A DNA stretch of 64,000 bases from Octopus sinensis (Eukaryota). The notes under the pieces were generated by a model. It saw only the letters and a list, made by a program, of their open reading frames with translations, did not search any database and was not told the origin of the DNA. How positions within the stretch are numbered: position 1 is the stretch's first letter; every line of letters starts with the position of its first letter. Shown here in pieces: positions 42,088 to 57,000 of this stretch. The position numbers and the translations under genes were made by a program. The stretch is from positions 21,526,464 through 21,590,463 of the forward strand of contig NC_043011.1 in NCBI RefSeq assembly GCF_006345805.1. The letters are read 5' to 3'.

Positions 42088-42146
<59 letters not shown>

Positions 42147-42741
42147 TATATATATACGAGCAAAAAGCCCCCCGTCCAATAGACGGTGCTGAGTTGTCAA
42201 ACATTTAAACCAAATTTTCTCAAAACAACTTGTCCGACCGTCCCATAGGCCTCCCCGTTGAGAAACACTGTTTTAACCTAAATTTGAGACACTAGCAAAA
42301 GAAGAAATAAAGATAGACTTTTTTCTATTCCAAAGAAAAACGATTTTATTCACACAAATATGCAACCGAAGAGTCTAAAGTACCAGTAATGATAAGGCTG
42401 TTGACTGGGAGAACACAAACATGGTTTAAACAGTAAACTTGGCAGGAAAGAAACTTTAAGCAGTACAAAAATAACAAAAATTGGAAGGCGCAGTTATGTA
42501 CAGGTTGACGGAAGAAAAGCAGGCCAAAAAACGACTTTATCGGCCGCATACTCACCTGGAATCGATTTTTGTAATTTTTTTCAAGACTTATACATGCCCT
42601 GATATCTACATATCAAATTTGAGCGCAATCGGATGGAGGATGCTCGAGATCCGAGAAGACAGACAGACAAACAGACAGACAGAACGATTTTATATAATAT
42701 ATAATATATTATATATTATATATATATATATATGATATATA

Positions 42742-42781
<40 letters not shown>

Positions 42782-42792
42782 ATATAATATAT

Positions 42793-42856
<64 letters not shown>

Positions 42857-42868
42857 ATATATAATATA

Positions 42869-42949
<81 letters not shown>

Positions 42950-45900
42950 TTATATTACTGTTCCGTGATGGTAGAGTATTCCATCTGGTGAGAGATAAAT
43001 ATTACTTAATAAACACAATACATGTTTTTATGTGCTACTATTAGTTTCATTTGCTGAGAACTTGCCAAACCATGTTTTATAACACGTCTGACATCTCGGC
43101 GCAGTCATCAGGCACAGCACATGAAAACATGTGTTTATTAAATTATGAAGATATATATATACAGGGTACAATGAACAAACTGTCGTCTAAATTATGCAAA
43201 AATGAAAATAACACTGACATCTCATTTTAACAAATGTATTTACCAAAATTACATAAAAATATCTTGAAATACTAAAGAGTAAATTCATTAAATAAAATTA
43301 CCATCGGCTTCAACCACGGTCTCCAGATGACTTCAAAATCTCCTGCAATTCTTCTGGGCGGTTTCCTTGTTTAAGTTGGTGAATGCTGCCATAATCCTTG
43401 TCTTCAGTTCATCTTTAGTGTTACAAGAAGTTTTGTTTGTCTCTCGCTCAGCTGCACCCCACACATAATAATCAAGTGGTTTGAAGTCTAGGGAGTTAGG
43501 TGGCCAGATGTTAGGGGTGATGTGGTTGCAGAAATTGTCTGACAGCCATGACTAGGTTCTCCTGCCTGTGTGACATGGTGCAGAGTCATGTTGTCAGACA
43601 TAAAGTCCTGCAGCAGCCACCCTTTTGACCCAGGACAGCACTACCTCATCTAGGCATTTGATGTTGGCCTCCGTGTTGAGTCTGAGGCTGTGAGGGAAGA
43701 TGAATGGAGAAATAACGTTGCCATCACTGGTGATCACTCCAAACACCATGATATTGACAGGTTGTTTGATTTTTATCAATCTCGGTACATGTCCTCAGAT
43801 TGCACTGTCCTCAGATTGACACCCAAACACTCTGAATTTCATTTTTTTTTTTTTAACTGTGAACCCCGAGTACATAAAATGATAAATCATAGCATGTAAA
43901 GATCGAGTTGAAAAAATATCCTTTTGATTGAAAAAGTCGAAGACTGACGTCAACAGCAGTTGTACTTATTCTTTTATTATTCTCTATTTTTCTTTTGACA
44001 GGAATACTTGAAGACCAACTCTTTCAGCACCGTATTCCATGACGATTTGTGGAATTCTTTGTCACAGGTAAACCATTTCATTAAAAGTGAAACAGTGTGA
44101 TATGTGTAGGGTTTCCGTGTGAGCCTGCGCACATGTAATACACACGCGCACACACATACACACAAACAAGCACACACACACACACACACACACACATACA
44201 AACATACACACACACATAGACAAATGCGTATACAACTACCTGCATACAATGGACAGTGATTGACAGTGTATGTTTTGTGTATGCATATGTGTTTATACAT
44301 ATGTTTGTATATGAATCTCTGTGTGTGTGTGTGTGTATGTGTGTATGTGTGTGTGCGTGCAAATGTGTACTAATTATACACTAAGCCTTGTGGAGACGCG
44401 TGCCTTGGTGGTTAGAAGTGTTGGACACCTGATCGTAAGATTGTGGTTTCGATTCCAGGACTGGGCGATGCGTTGCGCTCTTGAGCAAGACACCCCATTT
44501 CTCGTTGCTCTAGTCCATTCAGCTGGCAAACGACAGTTATCCTACGATGGATAGGAGTTCCGTCCAGGTGGAGAATATACACGCCATGAAACCGGGAAAG
44601 TGACCCTTAGGCGTCGGTATGACTCGGAAAGGAAACTTTACTTACTTTTTTTTATATTCACTAACCCTTGAAGGTAAGATCTGATAAACGGAAACTGGGT
44701 GGAAGCCCGTTAGTAAAATGGAGTTCTCAATACTTGACTGTGCCATGACGCGGTCGTAACAAGATGGTAGGTCCATTTCATTTATTTGTTTGCTTGTTTG
44801 GGGTATTGGTTTGTTGTTTTTTTTAACTTTACGAAGTCCATACATCTCCGGATCTGAAAACACAATTGATTTCTTCCAGACAAAAAAAAATGTGTTTATA
44901 CTCTTTTACTTGTTTCAGTCACTTGACTGTGGCCATGCTGGAGCACCGCCTTTAGTCGAGCAAATCGACCCCAGGGCTTATTCTTTGTAAACCCAGTACT
45001 TATTCTATCGGTTCCTTTGCCGAACCGCTAAGTTACGAGGACGTAAACACACCAGCATCGGTTGCCAAGCAATGTTAGGGGGACAAACACAGACACACAC
45101 ATATATATACATATACATATATACGACAAGCTTCTTTCTGTTTCTGTCAACCAAATCCATTCACAAGGCTTTGGTCGGCCCGAGGCTATAGTAGAACACA
45201 CTTGCCCAAGGTGCCACGCAGTAGGACTGAACCTGGAACCATGTGGTTGGTAAACAAGCTACTTACCACACAGCCGTCTGTTATCTTTTATTTGTTTCAG
45301 TCATTAGACTGCGACCATGCAGGGCAATGCCTTGAAGAGTTCAGTTGAATAAATTGTTCATAATACTTATCTCTACGTCTGATACTTAATCAGTCAGCCT
45401 CTTTGGCCAATCTGCCAATGTACCAAGACGAAAAACCAACACTGGAACCAACAGAAACACAAATACACACATACATCATATATACAATATCTAATGTTAT
45501 AATAAAAACCAGAAAATCTTGTTAGATCCAGCTACTCAGAGTTTAACACAGTGCAATATTGTTAGACCTCAGAATTACAGTTGCAATCCTTTCAACAGGC
45601 TCCCATGCAGCTTTTTGTCTTTGCTGTTTCACTCACAAGGTAGGGATCAACCCTTATGTTGAGCAAATGTCAGTTAGAAAAATGGCTGTTATCCAAGATG
45701 CAATGCAGTGATTTTAAATACTGGAGCTTGAGCTTATGGTTCCAATCTATCACCCTGGTAGGGTTCTACCCGTATTTCAAAGGATGAGACTCTTTACACA
45801 CAGCTGGTTCTATATGAAGATTACATTCAGAGTATATTCAATTACATTATCTTTAATTAAATGAGTAAGTGGTTTTGTTGAGTGATCTTCTAGAATATTC

Positions 45901-46241
45901 ATCATCGAAACAGATATGAGATCCAATAATATAAAAAAAAAAACAAGTGTACACAGTGCCAAAGGCAAAACAAAATGACCCAGCACTGCAGCACAGAGTC
46001 AACACAATAGGGGTTTGAAGTAAATTCTTTTATTCTTCTACTTGTTTCAGTCTTTGACTCAGCTATGCTGGAGCACCGCCTTTAAAGGTTTTATGGTCGA
46101 GGATATCGACCCCAGAACTTATTCTTTGTGAGCATAGTGCTTATTCTATTGGTCTCTTTTGCTGAACCACTAAGTTACAAGCACGTAAATATACCAACAT
46201 TGGTTGTCAAGCGATGGTGGGGGTGACAAAAATGCACACAA

Positions 46242-46272
<31 letters not shown>

Positions 46273-47928
46273 AGACAGGCTTCTTTCAGTTTCCGTCAAC
46301 CAAATCCGCTCACAAGGCTTTGGTCAGCCCTAGGCACTGCTCAATGTGTCATGCAATAGGACTGATCCCGGAACCATGTGGTTGGGAAGCCATGTATTTC
46401 AGTCATTTGACTGTGGTCATGCTGGGTTCTCAACTTGAAGGGTGTGTAAATTTTAAGCCTGGTACATAACCTATTGCTCACTTTTGGTGAACCGCTAAGT
46501 TACGGGAAGAGGAATAAACCAACAGATGTTGTCAAGCAGCGGTGATGGTGGAAAAACACAAGCACAAACAAAGGACCCACACACGCATGCATACATACAT
46601 ACATACATACATATGTTTATGATTTAAGTATACATGAGGATGTCTATATATGTAAGTATATGCATGAGAGGACATACTTAAAGCAAAGCATATAAATCTT
46701 CACGTATACATACATACATACATACATACATACATACATACATACATACATACATACATACATACATACACACATACATACCATGTTGTTGATCTTGAAA
46801 TTCCAATGAAAGAACCTTGGATCTAGGTTAGAAACCAGCTCTTTCTCTATCGGCAAGATATCTTGAAATAAAACTGAATTATGACGTACATACCAGGGCT
46901 AGGAACTGAATCCAGAACCAAACTTCTTACCACACAATAACATTCAAATAATGAATGAAAATAATGAACCATTATTTCTTCAGGCATGGAATGGTCGGGA
47001 TGTAAAATACATCATGGATACATGGACATTACAGATGAATTATCCCCTTTTAACTGTCACCTGGAAAGGAAACGAACTCACGGTGAAGCAGAAACGCTAT
47101 CTTAAAAATGACGATGAATCTACTGAATCCAAATACAAATCACCATTCAAGTAAGTTCTTTGACTCTTTTATTCTTTAGTCTTTCCCTTCCTTTTAATTT
47201 TCTTCTTCACAGACCAGTGGTTCTCAACCAACGTCCATATGGCTCTTGGGGGTCCAATATATGATTTTGTTGTTATGATTTATGTGTAATAAAATGGGTT
47301 TATTTCTAAAATACACAAAAATATTTTGACAATTTTTTATATAATTCCCAATAACATTTTATTTTTTTATTCTGTTATTCTTTTACTTGTTTCGGTCATT
47401 TGACTGCAGCCATGCTGGAACACCGCATTAAAGGGTTTTAGTCATAGAAATCGACCCCAGGACGTATTGTTTTTAAGCCTAGTACTTATTCTATCCGTCT
47501 CGTTTGCCAAACCGCTAAGTAATGGGGACGCAAACTCACCAAAACTTGTTGTCAAGCAGTGGTTGGAGGAACAAAGACACACATTAGGAAACCTCCTAGG
47601 GTCATGAATGACCATGAGACTGCACCTAGAAAGTTACCCTCCGAGGCACAAGTCCGGACAAGGTTGTTTGTGGAAGCCCAGCAGTCGCCCATGCATACCC
47701 TCTCCACACCACCGATGTTGTCTGAGAGAAAGGCAAAGGCTAATACAGCTTGGCACCAGTGACGTCAAAAGGATGTATAAAATGTGGGTGTTATTCAGAA
47801 CTGAGAATGTAAGGTGCTATTACTAATTGCTTTAGGAGCCTATGTAGCTGCAAGCAAACACATATAAGCCTTATTCAGCCTTCCCACCTTTGAGCTGAGT
47901 GGAACATTCCATGCTGTAACTACTGGAG

Positions 47929-47970
<42 letters not shown>

Positions 47971-49845
47971 GCGTGCATGTCTATGTCTGTGTGTCTGTGT
48001 GGTGTGGCGGGGTGCATGAATATTCATGTATTGGGTCTTCAGATTTATTAGGAAGAAATAATGAAAGCTGATACAGTTGGGTTTTATGTAATTAAACAGA
48101 CTTAATTATTTATAATAATTCAATAACAAAAACAGATCTAATTGTTTATAATAATTCAATATTAAAATAGATTTAATTGTTAACTTGGGAAAATTAACAG
48201 AAATTGTTTGTAAACATTAATTATAGTTCAGTAATAAATGTTATTCATTCAGTTTATTGATAATTATTTCTTTCTGGAAGTGAAACTATGAAATTGCAAC
48301 AAGAAATTAAATTTATGCCATTGTTCATGATATCCTTAGTAATTAGTTTTGTTAATTTAATCTTGTCAATCAGTAATGAAAGTATTTAAAGAATTAAAGC
48401 ATTTGATAATGAAAGCATTTGCAATTTTGAATGTCTTTAATACCCTTCCATTGTAGTGTTTGATGAAAGAAAATTGATAGGATCGTAGCTGTCAGTAGTA
48501 CTGTTCATACATTTAAATTAATAAAAAAATAAAACTTTCCATTGTATTACCAAACTTTTCTTCTCCCCATTTCAGTCATTTTGAAGGGTTTTTCTGTCAA
48601 ACAAACTGATCCCAAGACTTTTTTTTTTTAAAGTCTGGTACTTATTCTCTCAGTCTCTTTTGCCAAACCGCTAAGTTATGGGTACGTAAACACACCAATA
48701 CCAGTTGTCAAGTGGTGGTGGGGGGGGGGCCAAACACAGATACAAAGACACATACACATGCACACGCACACACATGCACACACACACACACACAACACAC
48801 ACACACATACAACACGCTTCTTTCAGTTTCTGTCTACCAAATCCATCCACTCACAAGGCTTTGGTTGGCCTGAGGCTATAGTAAAAGACACTTGCACAAG
48901 GTGCCATACAGTGGGACCGAACCTGGAACCATGTGGTTGGTAAGCAAGCTTCTTACTGTGCCTATATTAACACTTTGCAGCAAAAGGTACACGTGGACAC
49001 ATTCACATGCATCAAATTTATGAATTATATCCATCCTTCTAACCTTCTTCTCTGTCCACTATTACTGTGAGAGTTGTTAGGGTAGAATCCTCAGACACCT
49101 CCTCCATAGGGTCCTATCAAGAAGCAACCATCATTAGACTTTCCAATGGATTACCAAGCATGACCAACTGAGGCTATGGATGTTATCCAACCATCTCACT
49201 CTTGATCTACCCCTAGGTCTGCTGCTGGTTGCCTCAGCTTCAAGAATCCTTCTTGTGGCTCTTTCCGGAGACATTCTAAGCACATGCCCATAGTACCCAA
49301 GTTGTGACCTCTCAATGCAGAGAAGTAATGATTTGATCTAGAGCAAAAACCTGATCTCTGAGTTAAACACCCTGTTGGGTACCATTACTTCAGAAATCAT
49401 TCATAGGAACCCAATTTTGGCCACTTGTATTTCCTATCATACACCTTTGGTCATTACCCAACATTTGTAAACATAGGTGCAAAAAACCAAATAGAAGATA
49501 GCATGTTTGGCTTTTTTTTACCAACTTTTCTCTTGAGGATTGAGTGCTGGAGCTGGGGCACCTGCAGTTCTAACATCCAACTCACTATAATCCAAATATT
49601 TTTTAGTTTTGCCAGCAATTAAATATCTGTTATCTTTTTTTTTTACCTGTTTCAGTCATTAGACTGTGGCCTTCCTGGGGCACTGCTTTGAAGGGTTTAA
49701 CCAAACAAACTGACCCCAGTGTTTTTTTTTATGTTAAGCCTAGTGCTTGTTCTATTGGACTTCTTTGCCAAACTGCTAAGTTACAGGGACATAAACACAC
49801 CAACCCCAGTTGTCAAGTAGTACTGTGGGATAAAGATAGACACAA

Positions 49846-49888
<43 letters not shown>

Positions 49889-50949
49889 CATACAGTGGGC
49901 TTCTTTCAGTTTCTGTCTACCAAATCCACTCACAAGGCTTTGGTCAGCCCGAGGCTATAGAAGAAGACACTTGCACAAGGTGCCATGCAGTGGGACTGAA
50001 CTCAGAACCATGTGGTTGGTAAGCAAGCTACTTACCACACAGCTACTCCTGCGCCTGCATTGTTTTAATACCCACTAAATATAGTGGTGTAATGTTGTTG
50101 GATATACTAGATGATGTAAAAAGTACTGCTTAAACAGTAGAACACAATATCTCTATATATATAAAGCTGAAGTTGTCTGTGTATGGCAGGTTTGGTAGCC
50201 TTTAACTAACACTATCTCCTCCTAGACCCTGTGGCACAAGTTGACCAAAATTGATAGTATGATAGAAGAAGGCTTGCTCTTCCTTCCGTAGAAAATAAAA
50301 TTCAAATCAGACCATGTTAACACCAAAAATTATTTACATCAAAAAGGTGCTTTTTTCTATGGAAATCCCTATTTTTTACGATTTTTTGACTGCTGTGTCG
50401 CCATTTTTCGGTGTATTTCAACCAGAAAAATCTTCACTTAAAGAGAATAACAAGCTACATAAGGAAAAATTTTTACTTTTCAAAAATTCCAATTCTAAAG
50501 GGTCAAAAGAAACCTAAGCAATGCCGGCGATTCTGCTAGTTGAGTTATAAAAACGTTTACTATGCTTTGTAGTGTATTATGATTGCATAACGAAATACTG
50601 TGTCCCCACAAGCATTTATAATGATAGATTTATGAATGATATATTGGCTCACTATGTAATTACCTTGTAATGAAATTATCAGATGGTAAAATTACAAATT
50701 TTTACTGCAAGGTAATTACTTGCAGTGAATGTTCAGTGATGAATTAACAGATCATTCTGTCTGTGTGTAACAATTGATTTATGCAGAGAAGGATGGGAAG
50801 TGATTTCATTGGCTGACTTTTTATATCGCTGTGTTGGAATATCTACCCAGGATTTCTTTATGCACAGACAGTATACAACAACTTGCTTCAGTTCCATGAT
50901 GGAAGCAAATCCCACAAACATTTATCATGTGCCTTGATTGTGTTTTATA

Positions 50950-51000
<51 letters not shown>

Positions 51001-54000
51001 AGAAGAAGAAGAAGAAGAAGAGAAAGAGATAAATGTATGTATGAATGTAACACATAAGTATGTAATGTATACTTACATACATCATGTTTACAAGCATGTT
51101 TTATGCATGTGTCAATTAACCTTTTCTAAATATTTAAGTAAACAATAGGATCTAAAGGAACTGATGATGATTCGTGTCAGCAAAGAGTGAAATCAAAGTA
51201 GAACAAATTGGTCAAATAAAGAAGAAAATTTCTTATATTTCTCTCTGAGAAAAGATCCTGTCCATAATCTCAGACTTCTCTTCTTCCTCAAAGTAAACTA
51301 ATTTATTCCACTTTCAGACTCTCTCTAAATTTATTTTCCTTTGCTATAGTTACAAGTGGGAGGTTCCATTTACATTTACCACCAGTAGAGAGAAGAATTT
51401 CAATAAGACTAACAAAGATATACATTGGATTCACAAAAACGAATCAGAAGGTAAGAATTTTGTCCTTTTTTTTGTTTGTTATTTGTTTTTTGTTTTGGGA
51501 CTCTTTTTGTTTTAATTTCCACTCCAAACTGTGATACTGTATGGTAGTGAGATGTAGGCCCTGAATGTGGAAGACGTGTGAAGGCTGGAGAAGAACAAAG
51601 CTAGTATGGATGTGCAATGTCAGTGTGCATGTGCCACAGAGTATTGGAGTATTAAGAGAGAATAAGAGGAATTAGATGCAGTGTGCAAGAAAATAATATT
51701 GTGCTGGTTTGGTTATGTTAGATGGATGAATGAGGACAGTTGAATAAAGAAGTGCTGGTCACTTAAAGTTGTGGAAGAGGGAAACTCAGAAAGACATGGG
51801 ATGAATATTGAAGGTTGATCTCAAAATGCTGAACCTTATGAAGGAGATGACAGAGGACTGAGATAAGTGACACTTTGCTGTACTTGAGAAGACCTGCCCA
51901 CCACAACAAAATTGAGATCCAAAAACCAGGGTGCCACATGAGCAGCACTAGTGATGGTGTCATGTAAAAAGCACCAGTAATGGTACCACGTAAAAAGCAC
52001 CCAGTACACTCTGTGGAATGGTTGGTGTTAGGAAGGGCACATCCAGTCATAGAAACCAAGGCAAAATAGACTATGGAACTTGGCGCAGCCCTTGGCCTTG
52101 CCAGTTCCTATCAGGCTGTCCAATCCATATCCATGTCAGTATGGAAAACAGATGATGATGATGACGACGACGATGGAAGTAAGAAATCGTGAGGGTGGTG
52201 AGACAAGCATGTGTTTGGTGTTTGGCTTATATAGGAGAATTATGCAATCAATTTGAAAAAAGCAGAGATCTTAAGAAAGACAATGAAAATGCATATCTAC
52301 AATACACCAAAAGAGGGCAGTTGAAGTAGGAGGAGCTGTTGTTTTTCATCCTCATCATTATCTTCATCATCATCATCATTTAGGGTTTGTTTTCCATGTT
52401 GGCTTGGGTTAGACTGTTTGATGGGCTTTGGTAAACCAGTCAGCAACAGCAGACTCCAGTCTGTTTTGGGTTGGATTCTATGGCTGGATGCCCTTCCTAA
52501 TGCCAACCACTCCACAGAGTGTAGTGTGTGCCTTTTATGTATCACTGGCACAAATGCCTTTTATGTGTCACCAGCACAGGTATCTATTACATGTTACACT
52601 AACACAGGTACCTTTTATGTGTCACTGATTAATCAGGACAATAGTCAAAGACATTCCAGAAATGAGTCAAGATATATATAAATAATATAAGATAATGTAT
52701 TTGCATTTGTATAGGGGTTAACAGCTGTTAATTGTTGAAGTATTCAATTATTTTCATCTTTCAGTCCAAATTTCCTCATCTGTGCTACCTAGGAAACATA
52801 ATTCAACAGACTGGGTTATTGGTAATATAAGGCTTTTAAATTATTATCGAGTGACCTATGACGACGATAATTGGATGGCAATTATTGAGCAACTGAAGAG
52901 AGATCACACAGTATGTTGAATTTTTAACCTCTTCTCTATATGAAAATGTAAAGTATTTCACTTTTAATTGTGTGAGTGTGTGTGTGGATGAAATATTGGA
53001 TGAATTCTAGTTTAAATACCCCTTATATCTCCTGATAAATCTTTTATTTTGGGGCACTCTCGGAACATTTTTGTGAATTTGTGTTCTACACAATTATCAT
53101 ACAATTCATACAATTATCCAAGAATACATTTATTTGTGTGATTTAAGGATTTAAGCTATTGTTTTTACCACATCTCATGACCACCTGATACCATCCTGGT
53201 TTCTTTGCCACTCTAACGTTTATCAATATTTTTCTACCCCATAAACTCATTTAAAGGAATTATGATGCACCCAGGGGTGGTCTGTTGCTGGGATTTAGGC
53301 AAAAAATTCAGACGGCCCATATTTTAAACTCTGATTTTTTTTTAATTCGAAAAAGAGTGGAACTTTTAGAATTTATGGGGTGGTTAAAAAAACACCATTT
53401 AAAAATTGTATGAATTTCCAATTTGCAAAAATTTTCTGAAAATTCCAAAAAATAAAAAAAGTTTAGAGGAGTCATATGAGGTACTTAAACCAGAATTCTG
53501 CTAAAGTAATTATCATAATTTATTCATGTAAAATTTCTTTTCTTTTCATTTTTTTTTTTTTTTTTTTTTTTACTGATTCAATATTTCTTCATTCTGCAAT
53601 TACCATAGCGATATTCTAATGAGCCAAGACCATGATGCAGTTGATGCTATTTCATTTTGATTGTGCACTAATTGCTACTGAGAAAGTCATGAACATCATA
53701 ACATTCCATTTCATTCTTGCAGCTGATGAAAAAAAATATTATTATGTTTGAAAAATGAAATAAAAAGAAAAGTTGAATTTTATTTAAATAATTTATTTCA
53801 TGCAACTGCTACATATGATCTGTTGACGTTCAAATAATCGAGATATTGCTTATTTCCAGATCATTCATATATCCAACCGTATCCAGATATTTTGGGATTC
53901 ATGGGCCTTAGCAAAGTATGTATGCTCATTTCCAAATAAAGGGACCACTTTTTTTTTTATTATAATAACTAAGTTGATGTGATGAATTAAAGTTTCAGAT

Positions 54001-57000
54001 ACAGGTATAGCTGTGTGGTTAAGAGGCTTGCATCCCGACCATGTTGTCTTGGGTTCAATCCCACTGCTCACTACTTTGCACAAGTGTCTTCTACTATTGC
54101 TCCAGGCCAACCAAAACCTTGAGAGTGGATTTGTAGATGGAAAGAGAGAGAGAGAGAGACCTGTCATATATATACACTTGCGTCAGAAATTAATTAGCAC
54201 TTCTCAAATTTCTACATTAAATAGGTTAAATCAATTAACCTATGAGCTGTTCAAAACGTCTTGCGCGATGAGAAAACTTAGTATGGTGTGATTTCGGTCC
54301 CTGGAGGCGTTACCTATATCTATTAAACAAAGGAAGATTTGTCTGCATCCGCACTCCAAGTTGTTATTGCACTGTTATGTCAACATCATAAGGCTGTAGA
54401 CTCTCAAACTGCTCTGCAAACAAAGTTACGTCATCGTTCTGCGCAACAGTGAACTCGCAACAAAGCAATAGTTCGAGATATGGCCACTAGGTGACAGCAC
54501 ATACCTTGAGTGAAGAGCAAATCAAGGGTGCTAATTAATTTCTGACGGTAGTGTATATATATCTATATATGTATTGTGGTGGTAGAGGTGCTGGTAGCAG
54601 TGGCAGCGGCAGTGACAACAACAACAATGATGACGATGGTGGTAATTTTGGTGGTGGTGGTGGTGGTGGTTTTGGTGGTGGTGGTTTTAGTGGTGGTGAT
54701 GGTGGTGGTGGTGGTGGTTTTAGTGTAGTGGTTTTAGTGGTAGTGTTTTAGTGGTGGTGGTTTTAGTGGTAGTGGTTTTAGTGGTAGGGTTTTAGTGGTA
54801 GTGTTTTAGTGGTAGTGGTTTTAGTGGTAGTGGTTTTAGTGGTAGTGGTTTTGGTGGTAGTGGTTTTAGTGGTAGTGGTTTTGGTGGTGGTGGTGTGGTT
54901 TTAGTGGTAGTGGTTTTAGTGGTAGTGGTTTTAGTGGTGGTGGTTTTAGTGTGGTGATGGTGGTGGTGGTGGTGGTTTTAGTGGTGGTGGTAGTTTTAGT
55001 GGTGGTGGTTTTAGTGGTTAGTGGTAGTGGTTTTAGTGGTAGTGGTGTTTTAGTGGTGGTAGTGGTTTTAGTGGTGGTGGTGGTTTTGGTGGTGGTGGTG
55101 GTGTGGTGGTGGTTTTAGTGGTAGTGGTTTTAGTGGTGGTGGTGGTTTTAGTGGTAGTGGTTTTAGTGGTAGTGGTTTTAGTGTAGTGGTTTTAGTGTGG
55201 TGGTGGTTTTAGTGGTAGTGGTTTTAGTGGTAGTGTTTTAGTGGTGGTGGTTTTAGTGGTGGTGGTGGTGGTGGGTGGTGGTGGTTTTAGTGGTAGTGGT
55301 TTTAGTGGTGGTGGTGGTGTTTTAGTGGTAGTGGTTTTAGTGGTGGTGGTTTTAGTGGTGGTGATGGTGGTGGTGGTGGTGGTTTTAGTGTAGTGGTTTT
55401 AGTGGTGGTGGTAGTTTTAGTGGTGGTGTTTTAGTGGTAGTGGTTTTAGTGGTAGTGGTTTTAGTGGTGGTGGGTTTTAGTGGTGGTGATGGTGGTGGTG
55501 GGTGGTGGTGGTGGTGGTGGTTTTAGTGGTGGTGGTTTTGGTGGTGGTGGTTTTAGTGGTGGTGATGGTGGTGGTGGTGGTGGTTTTAGTGGTGGTGTAG
55601 TTTTAGTGGTGGTGGTTTTAGTGGTATGGTTTTAGTGGTAGTGGTTTTAGTGGTAGTGGTTTTAGTGGTAGTGGTTTTAGTGGTAGTGGTTTTAGTGGTA
55701 GTGGTTTTGGTGGTAGTGGTTTTAGTGGTAGTGGTTTTAGTGGTGGTGGTTTTAGTGGTAGTGGTTAGTGGTAGTGGTTTTAGTGGTAGTGTTTTAGTGG
55801 TGGTGGTTTTAGTGGTGGTGGTGGTGTGGTGGTGGTGGTTTTAGTGGTGGTGGTAGTTTTAGTGGTGGTGGTTTTAGTGGTAGTGGTTTTAGTGGTAGTG
55901 GTTTTAGTGGTAGTGGTTTTAGTGGTGGTGGTTTTAGTGGTGGTGATGGTGGTGGTGGTGGTGGTTTTAGTGGTAGTGGTAGTTTTAGTGGTGGTGGTTT
56001 TAGTGGTAGTGGTTTTAGTGGTAGTGGTTTTAGTGGTAGTGGTTTTAGTGGTGGTGGTTTTAGTGGTAGTGGTTTTAGTGGTAGTGGTTTTAGTGGTGGT
56101 GGTTTTAGTGGTGGTGATGGTGGTGGTGGTGGTGGTTTTAGTGGTAGTGGTTTTAGTGGTAGTGGTTTTAGTGGTAGTAGTGGTTTTAGTGGTGGTGGTT
56201 TTAGTGGTGGTGATGGTGGTGGTGGTGGTGGGTTTTAGTGGTGGTGGTGGTAGTTTTAGTGGTGGTGGTTTTAGTGGTAGTGGTTTTAGTGGTAGTGGTT
56301 TTAGTGGTGGTGGTTTTAGTGGTGGTGATGGTGGTGGTGGTGGTGGTTTTAGTGGTGGTGGTAGTTTTAGTGGTGGTGGTTTTAGTGGTAGTGGTTTTAG
56401 TGGTAGTGGTTTTAGTGGTGGTAGTTTTAGTGGTGGTGGTTTTAGTGGTAGTGGTTTTAGTGGTGGTGGTTTTAGTGGTAGTGGTTTTAGTGGTAGTGGT
56501 TTTAGTGGTGGTGGTTTTAGTGGTAGTGGTTTTAGTGGTAGTGGTTTTAGTGGTGGTGGTTTTAGTGGTAGTGGTTTTAGTGGTGGTGGTTTTAGTGGTG
56601 GTGGTTTTAGTGGTAGTGGTTTTAGTGGTAGTAGTGGTTTTAGTGGTGGTAGTTTTAGTGGTGGTGGTTTTAGTGGTAGTGGTTTTAGTGGTGTGGTTTT
56701 AGTGGTGGTGGTTTTAGTGGTAGTGGTTTTAGTGGTGGTGGTTTTAGTGGTAGTGGTTTTAGTGGTAGTGGTTTTAGTGGTGGTGGTTTTAGTGGTGGTG
56801 TGGTGGTTTTAGTGGTATGGTTTTAGTGGTAGTGGTTTTAGTGGTAGTGGTTTTAGTGGTGGTGGTTTTAGTGGTAGTGGTTTTAGTGGTAGTGGTTTTA
56901 GTGGTGGTGGTTTTAGTGGTAGTGGTTTTAGTGGTGGTGGTTTTAGTGGTGGTGGTTTTAGTGGTAGTGGTTTTGGTGGTAGTGGTTTTAGTGGTGGTAG

